Part shown: positions 1 through 13,100 of the stretch, in pieces
Layout of the letters: the number at the start of each line of letters is the position of its first letter
Numbering within the stretch: position 1 is the first letter of the stretch
Origin: Antedon mediterranea
Taxonomy: Eukaryota > Animalia > Echinodermata
Direction: 5' to 3'
DNA: 64,000 nt
NCBI RefSeq assembly: GCF_964355755.1
Contig: NC_092677.1
Coordinates: 17,258,101-17,322,100, forward strand
Notes under the pieces: model-generated
What the model was told of the DNA's origin: nothing
Database searches by the model: none
The model's input: only the letters and a program-made list of their open reading frames with translations
Position numbers and translations under genes: made by a program

Positions 1-144
1 GTAGAGCTGAGCAATTATAAATCAAGAATTGATAAGTTTCAGTGGAGCTGACCAATTATCAATCAAGACTTGATAAGTTTCAGTGGAGCTGATCAATTAT
101 CAATCAAGACTTGATAAGTTTCAGTGGAGCTGACCAATTATCAA
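1..144. repeat. 41-bp tandem repeat, at least 3.5 copies, cut by window edge
   Basis: GTGGAGCTGACCAATTATCAATCAAGACTTGATAAGTTTCA units at 1, 42, 83, 124. Confidence 0.9.
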
Positions 145-546
145 AGGATTATGTAACCAAAAATGTTTCTATCACTAAAAAACAGTCTGTGATAGGACGA
201 TAGTTATTCATAATATATAATAATGGAACAAAAGAAAAAAGTAGAGTTTGAATGGGTTCTGGTGCTTGTAGGCTGGGAGACTAGTATTTTGGCTGGAATA
301 CAATTTACCTATTCAGGGTTAATCACGTTTAAATGCGTATACAGTTTATCCCAGCCATTTATTATTATTATTTTAAACCGATTGTAATCTTTAAAATAAT
401 GAAGAAACTTCATTGTGTAAAATTTGTTTAGGTGGTTCAACTTTACATAACCTTCAATTATAATGTTTTCCATACCTGGTCTGGTTTAATCTTTCTACTT
501 TTAATAATGATATAATAATTTTGAATATAATATAATTTAATATTAT

Positions 547-1387
547 ACAGATATTGACTGCTTAGAGGTTAAATATAAGATTTGACATCCCCGAGGGAAT
601 GATATTATGTTCGAGGAAATATATAATTCCAGAGAACTTAATATCATTCCCGAGGGGATGTCTAATCTTATATTTTACCGATATAAAAGGCGATATCTGT
701 TATATTACATAGCCAACAACAAGTAGAATATCTGCTGGGTCGGGTAGCTAGGCTAGGCCTCCTTTTTGTATTGTATGTAAACAAGCTGCCCAGACACCTT
801 ACCTTTCGAAGAATAATATACAGATAATTACTAATTAATGGCAATAAAATAACAGAAGAATTTCTATCAATAAGCCTAAATTAATAATAATAATAAAATT
901 ATCAGGTAGGCCGAATAAATAATAATTCGATCGAGCCGTCGATTACTACTGTGAGTATTAACCAATCACAAACGGTCTTTCATCACATCTAGGGAGGACT
1001 AATAACAAATTAGGGCGCTATGTATGCATAGTTTAAATAATTTGTTGATTAATTTCTTCAAGCAAGTTCCGTGGCGCAGCGCATGAAGCGTTGTCTTGTG
1101 ATGGAGTGACAATTTCATCGCGAGTTCAAGACCCAGTGATGACTTTTGTTTATTTATCGGCAAACGCGAGTGTTGCCACACGAAAATTACACAGTCAATA
1201 TCATCGTACTCGAGAATTTGCTGGATTTTATATGTTTAATGACAGGGGACACGATAATTACGCGAAAATTACTCGGTCAATATCATCGTACTCGAGGATA
1301 TATACGATTTACGATCCTCGCAGCGGTAGTCATGTGATGCAGTTTCAACCAATCACGTTCACGTATTTACATAGGCTATGTAATATA
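547..1387. mobile_element. Non-autonomous element with terminal hairpin (Crypton-like architecture)
   Basis: Hairpin 547..700 with 37-bp core arms; TATATTACATAGCC (701..714) inverted at 1374..1387; CpG-rich. Family is inferred. Confidence 0.55.
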
Positions 1388-3901
1388 ACAATATATTACA
1401 GAAGATAAGTCTTTGTTTATTTGTTTTACATTTGGCAGTTATAGCTATTGTTTGACACTTTACAGTTACATTTTGTAATATGATGTGTGACTCATATGCT
1501 CACTACTGTATACTGCTTTCTTTCATATTGATGAGTCAGGTTTGCATAAAAAAATCAATGAGGTATCTTGTAGAAATTGTTTATTTTTCATATCATGGTA
1601 ATGTATGATACTACATATTTAATAATCTTTATTTTGAAACAAGGCCATATGAAAGAAATAAAAAATATATATATATATTATTTGATTAATAGACTTAAAG
1701 TTCATCATTATAAATTGATAATTTTATATTTTAATAATAATTTGTGAAATACATAATGTAAATCTTAAAATGGAAGATTTAATCATTCGTGGAAACAAAT
1801 TTTAAACATTTAATTAAAGAACAGATATTGTTTTAAAATGACACTATCTTTTTAAAAAAGGTAACACTTTCCAAGAAGTGAAAAAAATGATTTTATGCCT
1901 TTCTTCTATATTGTTTTTATACAGCAAGACTTCAATTGTGGGAATGTATGAAAACAGTTTTATTGAAAACTGCCTCAGGCTAACTGTCTAAATTTTCCCG
2001 ATGTAAACCAGTTTTGTGTGATTTTTATTTTATGAACTTTTCTGTCATTAAATGCTCCTGGAAAAAATCTTCAGTTTCCGCAGTAATACTTGCTATAATA
2101 CTTTAATCCCAGATTTTGATTGGTAGATATTAGGCAGATGAGAGTATGACAGAAAATTAAAATGAAGTCATCATGTGACAGAGGTGTGGCTACTTTGTAA
2201 ATTAACCCCATCCTTCCAAATCAAGCCCTGGATGTAATTTGTGGTAATCCTTTTGAACGATGTTAAAAAAAACACATCACATCTTAATTAAGATTATTAG
2301 TTTTAGCCTGAAAAATATTATTTAGGTTGTGCTGTAGGAAATATACCACTTATATACAGGATAAGGTTAACTGCCTATACTTAATAAACATTAATGAAAC
2401 ATAATGAACAATGTTTATACTACACTCTTTCATAGCACTCTTGTATGGTGTGGATAAGTTATTCTTTTTTGATATGCAGTTATAGAAAAATTCACTGTTA
2501 CTTTATAATCATGCTTTGACAAGATATTTTCTTTTGAACAACAAAATTTTGTGTATATATTTTTGTTGCTACTTACAATAGGTTAATAGAATGACCTTCA
2601 TGTGCTATACTTCTTTTAAAGTTGACAGATATAGAAATAACATTGAGTCAGATTTGTAGAGACAAGACCTAGAGAACTTGGACTTTCATTCCCTGTCACA
2701 AAGTATTTGGGACATTGTATGTTATATAGATATAATAGAAATATATTATAATAATAGTAAACCATATTTTATATTTTCAACATATGATTATGAAGCACCC
2801 ACTGTACCAATGTCTTGTAAACGCAAAGATACAGGGAATGACTTGGACCACTTATCAGCTTTTATCCAGTGTCAACCTTACCAAGGATAGTCTGTCTCAG
2901 CATCTGAGCGTTTAAATAAATATCTGACCATACTCATATGGAAAGCTTTTCTTTTAGGCTCCTCTAGTTTATTGTTATTAGTTATTAAAATAAATGAAAT
3001 GACTAGGAATTCAGAATATAGTTTTTATCTGTAAAGAAACATGTTTGTTAGACTGGTTCACAAATTTTACGTACTTGGAACATTTTGAGAGAGTTCCTAA
3101 TATTCTGAAAATTCTGCTTTAGGAAAGTGCCATCCTCCAACACCAGCTAGCTTAAAACTATTTGTAATAAATTCTATTTTAAAGTACAGGCCTGTCTCTG
3201 TATAACATCAGACAAAAGCTACCCTGGATTCATTACCAATGACAGTTGACTATCTGTTTAAATATTATCATCCCATCTTATCTCTGAGATTTTGCAGTCT
3301 ATTAGTATCATCGGAAGCTTTCATTTGCGCATTGTTAACAGCACAGTCGGCCATCACTCACTAACAGATTGTACCGATTACTCCAATTTTCTCTCATTTC
3401 CTTTGCTTTTATGATAGCGTACTAGGAATGGAAGTAACTGTATTAACACCAATTGTATATATTTTATAATCTGCCTTTAATAAACTCCATAAAACCATAT
3501 TTTATTGCATTATTCTGGATAATTTAAAAATAAACCATGATTTGATTTTATTTAGTTAGTAATTAAGCTTCATCCACTTTTTTAATACAAAATGTTGTTG
3601 TCCTAAAGTTCCCATGATCTTTAAATCAAGATAAAGTAATCTTTATTTATAGAAAAATGGATGTAAAAGTAACTGTAAATACTGTAGTTAGTAGCTAGGT
3701 GGAAGACTTTGATGGTGGATGTCCATACTCTCTGCACAACAACTACATCTATGTCTGCCCATAAATTGTTTTTATACTAGATGAGAACCAATCCTCTTGC
3801 TTGATTTGCTTTTGTGTTCAAGGTGTCTACTTAGACTGGAAACTAAACTGTACTGTACATACAATATATAAAAATGTGTTTCGTTATTTAATTTTCTTTA
3901 G

Positions 3902-4109
3902 ACTGGCCTAATACGAACAAATGACACTGATTACTTGATTGAACCATTACCAAAGCACATGGCTGATGCAAGAAATTACACAACTAAAGAGGGTCACTCA
4001 GCGCATATTATATATAAAAGATCAGTGGATATTAGACACCATAAACATGAACCAAAAACAGGCCATGCTAGAGGAACAAAAGACCACTTTTGTGGAAGAA
4101 AGAAAAAAT
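3902..4109 (+). CDS. ADAMTS16: ADAMTS exon: pro-domain, [17 protein letters not shown]...HFCGRKKK
   Basis: tttag acceptor, GTAAGA donor; YLIEPL, HIIYKRS and cysteine-switch-like HFCG. Confidence 0.92.
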
Positions 4110-7100
4110 GTAAGAATTCATGTGCAATTATATAAAAATCATTTTTGGATAGATAATAGAATTGTTTTATAATTTGTCTTGGCAATAAATATTTAGGTCA
4201 TCATCAGGTAGATTTATAGTAATTACCTATAGGATGTGTCAAAATCCCAATTATTGATGGTTCAACCTGATATACAGAACACAGGAGACACAACCCCCAC
4301 CCCCTTCCCAGAGGATTAGAAATTGAAACTTAACAGGAAAGGACCCATTGTCACTCCTTGACATGGTACAGTATGTGTAAAGTGTCACATTCTGTGTTTC
4401 AAAGCCCTCGCTTACAGTTTTTGAGAACCTTACACGCACTTGCATAACATCACATACTTCTGTACAGGTACAGTAGAGCCCTAATTTTATATTGATGTTC
4501 TTTATTAAGTATTCTTAACTTCTTATTTGAACTATTACTCCACTCCCAAAGACTTGTAATAAGACTTTGTTTATGTAGAGCATCTTGTATATGTTTGTCT
4601 TGTGAACCTCTGAGGGTCCCTAATGATCAGCAATAGCTGGATGGATCACCCTCATTAAATATGGTTTAAAAAAAACAAACAAAAAACTATAAGCCTGAAT
4701 GGTCCCAAAGTGACACTTTGTTTGGTCCTGAAAGTGTCCCCTTAATAGAGGTTAAAAAAACTAAAAAGTGCAGATGATATTTTAGTTCACATGTTTATGT
4801 TGCATTCTCACAAACACTAGTAGTAGATGGGTTCAGTTAAAATGAGCTTATAGTGAGAAACAAAACAAAACTGGTATAACTTTCCAATAGGCTAAAGTAC
4901 ACCAATACACCTATTATATTAAAAGTACTATTAAAATACTTTAAATAATATGAAGAATGAATGAATACCCAAATGTCATTGATCTTATACTAGGTTACAA
5001 CTTGAAAAGAACCCAAGTTCAATATTCTTTAACAGTCAATTTCAGATATTGTGTATTCTTTGTTGTATTCATTATGCGACCGGCTTATTAAACATCAAAG
5101 AACGGATATTGCAGTCGTACAACATATTCTTTATTGTCCTTTGACAGTTTCTGTTCATTCAAAACAAAGTCGTTTAAATCTTAGATTAAATATATCCATT
5201 AGTTGGACAAAGATATTTCTCTCTAAAGAAAATTAAACTTGTAATGAAACTGGTTTTAGTACAAAAAGAACACCTGTATTGTATTTCACAGGTTGTTTCA
5301 AATTTACTTTGTTAACTTGATTTACCATAGATACAGTAGCCTGTCTGCCCATGCCTTTGTAAATACAATTACTTTTCTTGACGTTAAAATTCATTTATTT
5401 TGATAATAGTATACATGTATGGAAGTTAAAGCACTGCTGGCCTACATGGGTCCTTAGGTCCACTGTTAGACTTTAGATATGTACTGTATGAGATGTACAC
5501 AATAAATATAAAATAAATTGTGGTCAGAGTATTAAAGATTTGCTAATTAACATAGCGGTAAGTTCATATAAGTATTATTTACACTTTTTAGTATATTGTT
5601 TGCGCCCCTCCAGCAGATTGATATTAATATTCTGTGCAACTGTTTGAAGTGCCCAGGGATATGTATTTAAAGGGACACTTAAGGGACAGGGTACAAGGAG
5701 GAGTTTTAACCTGTTCCGCACTCACAAAATACAGACTTATCCCAGAGGGAAACTGAGTATTGAACATTATAAAATTGGACAATCTATACTACAGTAGAAC
5801 CTCTCCTTTGAATACAGTAAGGGGACAATTACTTTGAAACGAATAAGGGGCAATATATTTTTTAACACTAGAGACTTCGGGGAACACCCCTTTTAAGGGG
5901 ACAGTTCATCTACTTTAACACTAGAGACTTCGGGGAACACCTCTTTTAAGGGGACAGTTCATCTACTTTAACACTAGAGACTTCAGGGAACACCTTTTTT
6001 TAAGGGGCAGTTCATCTACTTTAACACTAGAGACTTAAGGGAACACCTCTTTTAAGGGGACAGTTCATCTACTTTAACACTAGAGACTTCAGGGAACACC
6101 CCTTTTAAGGGGACAGTTCATCTACTTTAACACTAGAGACTTCAGGGAACACCCCTTTTAAGGGGACAGTTCATCTACTTTAACACTAGAGACTTCAGGG
6201 AACACCTCTTTTAAGGGGACAGTTCATCTGCTCTATGGCATGACCCAATTTTCACTTTACTGTATTATGGTGGATTAAATTAACTTATTAGGAATCTATG
6301 GCAATATGCTTAAATAAGTAAAAATAATAATAATAATAATGAGGGTGCAGATTTCAATTATTAAAACCAGCAAGTGTAAATTGTACACACTTTTGGTTGT
6401 TCTTTGGGGCAATACCACTTCAAAGGCCTTTTTGATTGAATTAAAACTTTAATTTGACATATATAGAACAAATAGGGAAGTAATAAATTACCCAACTTAA
6501 ATAGCAATAAATCATACTATTTTAAAAGAATTATTTGTTTCTCCGAGTTCAACAAAACTGCGTTTGACAAAACATCGGTTTACTTTGTCTAGAATTGAAT
6601 TGTATAGCAAATGGAGCAAAAACTAATACACAATATAGAATAGATTTATTGTCATGCTCAATTTAATTTTGACTTTTAATATGTGTTTAAGTGAATAAAT
6701 TCTTTTGTTAGGTATATATCTATAATCTTGTTAAAAGTTCTATTTTAAGTAACTATTGATGGCAAAATAATGGTAGTTTTATAAGATTTTTTTAAAGGTA
6801 TTTACATTCTACTTTAATATAATAGTATTTGATTGATGATAAAACCTATAGAAATATTATACTAAATGAAAGACAAACATCATATGTAAATGAAACCAGA
6901 TTGTATACAAGTTTTTGAAAAAATAAGATTAAAACCGACGAAAAAAAAACAAAGGAAAGGAGGGCAGCAGACGGTGCTGCAAAATGTATTCAAGAATTAT
7001 GGTAAATTAAGTTATTAAATTTAATAAAAAATGTGGGGATATAAATAATTTACATTAACAAACCATTTGTGTATGATAGTATATTTATTACTTTATTTTC

Positions 7101-10100
7101 TCCTTTAGATATGCCAACAAGAGTTACTGAACCATTACACTTTATAGATGAATATCCTAAGTCGACAAACCGAACACGTCGCTCAATTGCCGCAAATATG
7201 GTGGCTGCAAGAAACGTCGGAATATTGATTGTGGTAGATCCTAAAATGGTCGAGTCCCACGGACCCAACCTTGTAACAACTTATGTATTAACAGTCTTCA
7301 ATATGGTAAATATAATTTGTTCTCTTAAATAGGTGCAAGTTATAAGGACACAAACTATTATAATTGGTCATCAAAGTCTATCAACATAGTAATATATTGT
7401 TTGAAGGTTTGCATGGCGAAATCAAATGTTGATATAAAGTTTGTGGTACACCACGTATATTAGTTCTGGGGCGGATTGCTATAAGCTGTCTATAAACGGT
7501 CTTAGCGCTTAGCCGGCTATAATTTGAGACATAGCAAGTAGTCTTTATTTATAGACCATTGCTATACCGCGGTCTAACCTGAAAACGGTCTTTAAAATTA
7601 AAGCCTACTCGAAGGAGTCTTAAAACAGTCTTAAACCTCTCTTTTTGTTGCTTTTACGTATTATTTATTGTCAAAGACAACCAATTAAATGAGTTTTAAG
7701 TGTTAAATCAAATACGGTGATTTTATTCTTATATAAGCCTAGAATAGATTTTCTTGCGTAGAAATGCACATACTGTTATGATTGTGAATTGAACAAGCGT
7801 GACGAACATTTCCTTATTTTGTATTGTACGAGCAAAGTACGCCCTAAATTTGTTACTTTACGCGGTCTTATCTAACACTGTTTTATAGCAATTGTCTAAC
7901 AGGGGTGGCTTTAGTAAGACCGTCTATCTGATAAAGCCGGCTTTAATCGGGGAGTTAAGACCATCAGTTAAGACTGTTTTATAGCAATCCGCCCTGAAAA
8001 AAACTGTTGAGTTTCTATCAAACTAACAAGTAATAGTAATCAGTAATAATCGGCAGTTTTATTATCATACCATGCCAATTTTATAAATTCATATCGTCCT
8101 CATGTATAAACTTAAATATTGACACAATATTTTCAAAATTTAGCAAAAAGTATGCACAGTGTAGTCAGATTCCGAACATTTTTTTTCGTAAAGTAGTGTG
8201 TTTGTATTTGGAAAAGTTTCATTTTTAATTTATTATTATATTGTTTTCTTTTTGCAATTTTTATAGGTAAAGACATTATTTCATGATAGCAGTATAGGGA
8301 GCAGTGTCAACTTCATTCTGGTCAGTTTAGTCGTTTTACAAGATGAAGAGGTTAGTTTTTATGATATATACCACAGTTCCAGTTTGATAATTTTATCTGT
8401 AAAACAAAATATCACAACTTTTTGTTCAATTATTATATAGCCTGGACTGCAATTAACACACCATGCAGATAATACACTGAACAGCTTCTGCCAGTGGCAG
8501 TCAACGTTAACAAGCCCAGACGGCTCTAAACATGACCACGCCATTTTGATGACAGGGATAAATATCTGTTCCTGGAAGAACGAACCCTGTGACACATTAG
8601 GTAAGTGAATTTTAAAAGGTGGGTTTGGATGCTGTAAAAATTAAGAATACATTTTAGGTTTTATATGATAGTTACTCTTATGATTAAGAAAAGCTGTTCA
8701 CACAACATCATGACCTATTCAAATGAATGTTGCATACATTAAAATAACATCTATACAGAGTGTAAATATGGATCTGATTAGATAAAGTTTATGACAAGTT
8801 TGTTTAGCTCACATCATATTCATGTAAAGCTGTCTCTCATAGTACATATCCCTCCTTTGTATGTACAATACACAGTATAGAGTATAGTCATATAAAGAGC
8901 TTATAGAGAGCTACTCTCACTGCTCACATATAAACAGCGAGGAGTTTAAGGAGCTACATCTGCTGATTATCTGCTTAAACCAGCCCAGTCGAAGAATATG
9001 CATATCTCTATTTTAACCCCTTTAATAAAATAGGATTGGGTTTAAAATCCTTGGAATATGATTTGATGGGGATAGACCAGACAAATGACCCAGAAATAAG
9101 TAGGTAAATGTATCTAGAAACCACTGGGTGAGTGGAGCCTAACAGGTGTAGTATGCTATGCCAATAACTTGTCATTTTGATATTGCTATATAATATCATA
9201 TTTTGTTATCTTAATTTAGAAAATATACAAACCTACTAGGTTAATTTGTTATCTAATTTATATTTGAGTGACTACCATTGAAGTGGAACAGTTTTAAAAT
9301 AAATGTAATTAAGAGAGGAAGTAAAGAAAGTTGGATTAGACACTCTTGTATTATAAAAAGTTTGTCAAAGCCTGTTTGGAAATGGTCATACCTCAGTTGG
9401 CTGCTGTATCAGTGCTGGTGTATATTATAAGTCTCCTATTTTCCCAGTTTTCCATCCCACTGGATGTACGAATTTGGGTTATTGTTGCTCATTCTCCCAC
9501 TTTATGCAAACAGTATAGTCAGAATTACTGTACTTATCCCAAATCATAGCCAGGCTTACCTGGACAACATTGCCATACTTACCCCACAGTACTCTCACGG
9601 TATAACGAGACTCCCCACAGCATAACCTTACTGTATCTCCACAGTTTAGCCAGACTTAAATTAACAAGACTTTGGGTGGAAAGGTGTTTCCCATTAAATG
9701 CTTTTGCCAATGTTATACATCATTCCATTCCTGTTGATGACATCATGTGTGACATTGTCAGCCAGAATGTTGAATCTTAACACGATGGCGTGTATTTCGT
9801 TACTATTCTTTCGTGAAGAAAACTTCAAATTGTGTTTGGTTCTCTGAAATGAGCTTAGATTTGAACCAGATTTATAGTGCAAGGAGTGAAAGTAGATTCA
9901 CACCTGTGACAGCTCAGGTGAATGAAGATGAGCTTCACAGGTGAGCCATCATTCAGCAGGTGTTTATTAAGTGAACTGTACAGTGAAAGTGAAATTGAAT
10001 GTCTCTGTGCAGTTCTTGTTGAGTGTCATCATTGTACAGTTGTTTTCACCTAATACCCAATTCACACGTACAAAATGTTGCGTATCCTGGAATAATACTA

Positions 10101-13100
10101 ACAAGTTGTAATGCTTTCACACACTCCTTTGTCAATGTAATGTATAAGAATAATGTTTGTAAACGCTTTGTAAACAACTCAAATACAACTATGTTACATC
10201 GATGAAGCCTGTAACAATTACCAAATTCTTCTGAGATTTTTTATTGTCTGTGCGAATATTGTATTACTGTGCAAGCTCATATTTGTACAGAAAGTATCCA
10301 TACATATTTATTGATTATTATTTTTGACCAAACATGCAGAAAAGATTTCCTAATATTTGCATTTAAAATTAGTACTGTTTCAAAAACCAATGAAAGCTGA
10401 AAAAAGTATTGGCTTAATAACATGTTTCTCCCCCTGTTTTACCCCATTTATCCTTTTTTTTTTTCATATTTAAACGAATATTTCCTTCTCTGTTCTTGAA
10501 AAAATACATTTATATCTTCTGTTTATGTCACTGATGGGCATTACATAGATAAATTAATAGGTCCTAAGCGACTGACATAACTAACAGGTGCTACACTAAA
10601 TTGCTTGCGTCCATGCGGAAAACCTATGGAAAGTTGTCATAAGTATTAGGAAACCGGGGCGTCAAGTTAGGGGTCGCTTACAAGAGCATTATTCAATCCG
10701 TTGGTCAGTGCTGCTATAAATCTGATAATATTTTTTATAAGAAATTGAGAGAAAAACAAAATATCTGACATTTTTAATCACTCGATTAGGTATGATAAAT
10801 AAAGCATGAAATTGAAAATTCTTTAATATTTAAAAATTAAAAACTTATAAGTAAAGAAGTTGATGACGTGTGATATTTTAATAGCTTAAAGAAAGTTTGG
10901 GTAAAACAGTTTTTCAGTTGATAAGCTCATTTATATCATGAGTTTATGCGACAGGCAAGCATTTGCTTCTGCTTGTTGTTTTTAATACCGGCAGACATTA
11001 AATTATAAAAATATTAGATATAAGTTTGATACATTTAAAAATATTTTAAAAAGATGTTTTTAGTGTTTAAAGAATTATTTATTGACATTTTTGATTTTTT
11101 AAATAGATATAATCACTAACCATAATTTGAAACATTGTAGATGTAATTTACCCCTCGTCTGAAAACTATCTCTCACGTAAACTTGCTATCTCATCTCTCA
11201 ACATTTTACGTTACTCAATCCGTAAAACTGGAAAATATGATATATTTTAACCGTCTGAAGTAAACATATGCCAGTCCTGAGGGATAACATTTTGTTAGCT
11301 TGCTTAGTCAGAAGTCAAATAGAATTAGAGCAGTATCACATTTTACAATATATTACAACATTTGTTGTATTTACTGACCCACATTCAATACACATCTGAT
11401 TTGACAATAGCACCTCTATTAAAGGGACACCTTCTGGTACCAACAAACTTTCTTCTTAATATAGGGTTGTCCCCTTGTTCATTTCATAGAAAAGTGTTTC
11501 AATTTCTAAGTGAAATAACTTGAGGAGAATGCTTAAATAATGTTTGACTTGCGTTAAACATAGATACCAGTAGAACAAGTTGCTTCATTGATAGGTGTGA
11601 ATTGGGTCAGTTGCTGAACCATACAGTACTGTTATGTATTTATTTTATTTACTGACTGAATTAAGAGGTTGAATTGTGGCTGTCAAAATGTTTGTTTAAC
11701 CCAACCTGTCAACAAAGACAATACCAAACATGAAACACAAAACCTTCATTACAATAATATAGTAAAAATGATTTCATTCTAAATATTTGTTTATCTTGAT
11801 TTTATTTATTTGACGTATGATTTTCAAGATAGAATACATGTTGTGTGTACATACTGTATCTCAGAATTAAGCATAATTTTTATAAATAACGTACATGCAT
11901 CAAACATTTTATTTTGTAAATATATTTACAGTTTTTATTTGTGAAACAAAATTCTAAAAATCCTTTCGAATCGGTATCAGTATTTCAATCAGACAGGCTG
12001 TTGAATTGTTGTACTAATACATTTTTGACAGTGATTACAGGAATTTGGCATGGCATAACCAATTTTTCTATAAATTAATTAAGTTTGAATAATCAAAGCA
12101 AGAGATCAGACTGAAGTCACTAGTGACTGAAGGCTTACTGCATCTGTGTGTAGGCCCGACATCAAGGCTAGTTCCCAGGGGAAACAGACTATTCCTTGGG
12201 TCAGGTTTTGCTGCTGATATATACAAAGCATCAGCAATTAAAGGCATGATGAATCACAAGCTACAACTCTTTTTGCTGTCAATTATTACGCGTAACTGTC
12301 AGCAATTGTAAATGACAATCACTTAAAATACTAACATTTACCTTGATAAAACAACACATTGGATTTGTAAACTTGATAGCGTACAAGCCAGTCAATGTGA
12401 CTTGTTAGCATACACGACAGTCAGTATGATTTGATAGCATACATGTCAGTCAATGTGACGTGTTAGCATACGTACGTCAGTCATAAAGTCATAGCCATAC
12501 TTCTTTCATTACCAGTGTGTTTTCATATTGATAAACCTGTATATGTCATGTCCATACAAAATTTAAAATAGTGTGGTCTGTCAGAAAATCATTTATATTG
12601 TGTAATTGCTTAACTGTATTAAGTTTATGGTCTTGTATTTTTGTTTTCATGTTGCTTAGACAAATTGCTGGTCTATTTAAAAAATACATATAAGGGATAA
12701 TAAAAGTAAAAAGAAGAGCCAAGTACTGCTATATTCAAAGTTATTAAAAGATTACTATATTATATATTTAAGAGTCAATAACTTCCTAATTGCTTTTTCC
12801 AACATATTCCAAATCTCTTTCAATTGGAGATTCAGGACATTGCATATAGTTTGTTACTGCGTATTCTAACCTAAACATATTCAACAATAAGGCTTCTCAT
12901 CAATATAATATTTATCTGTTTATTTAAATTGTTTAATTAAATAACAGTAGAACACTTAGATATAACACTCTGACGAATCCCCTATTCAGGGGAAGGAGAC
13001 CTATATCAAAGGAACACTAGACAGATCCCAAATGTGTCGCTTTAGAGGTTCTACTCTGTGGCATTCACTACACTTTACAATCTTTTATTATTATTATTTT

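Noticed and set aside
1091-1408. 105-aa ORF inside the hairpin element
   Set aside because: TTG start, no recognisable motif, spans an internal direct repeat
5861-6229. CRISPR-like appearance of this and the other regular arrays
   Set aside because: Units are contiguous with no unique spacers, there are no cas genes, and the context is eukaryotic
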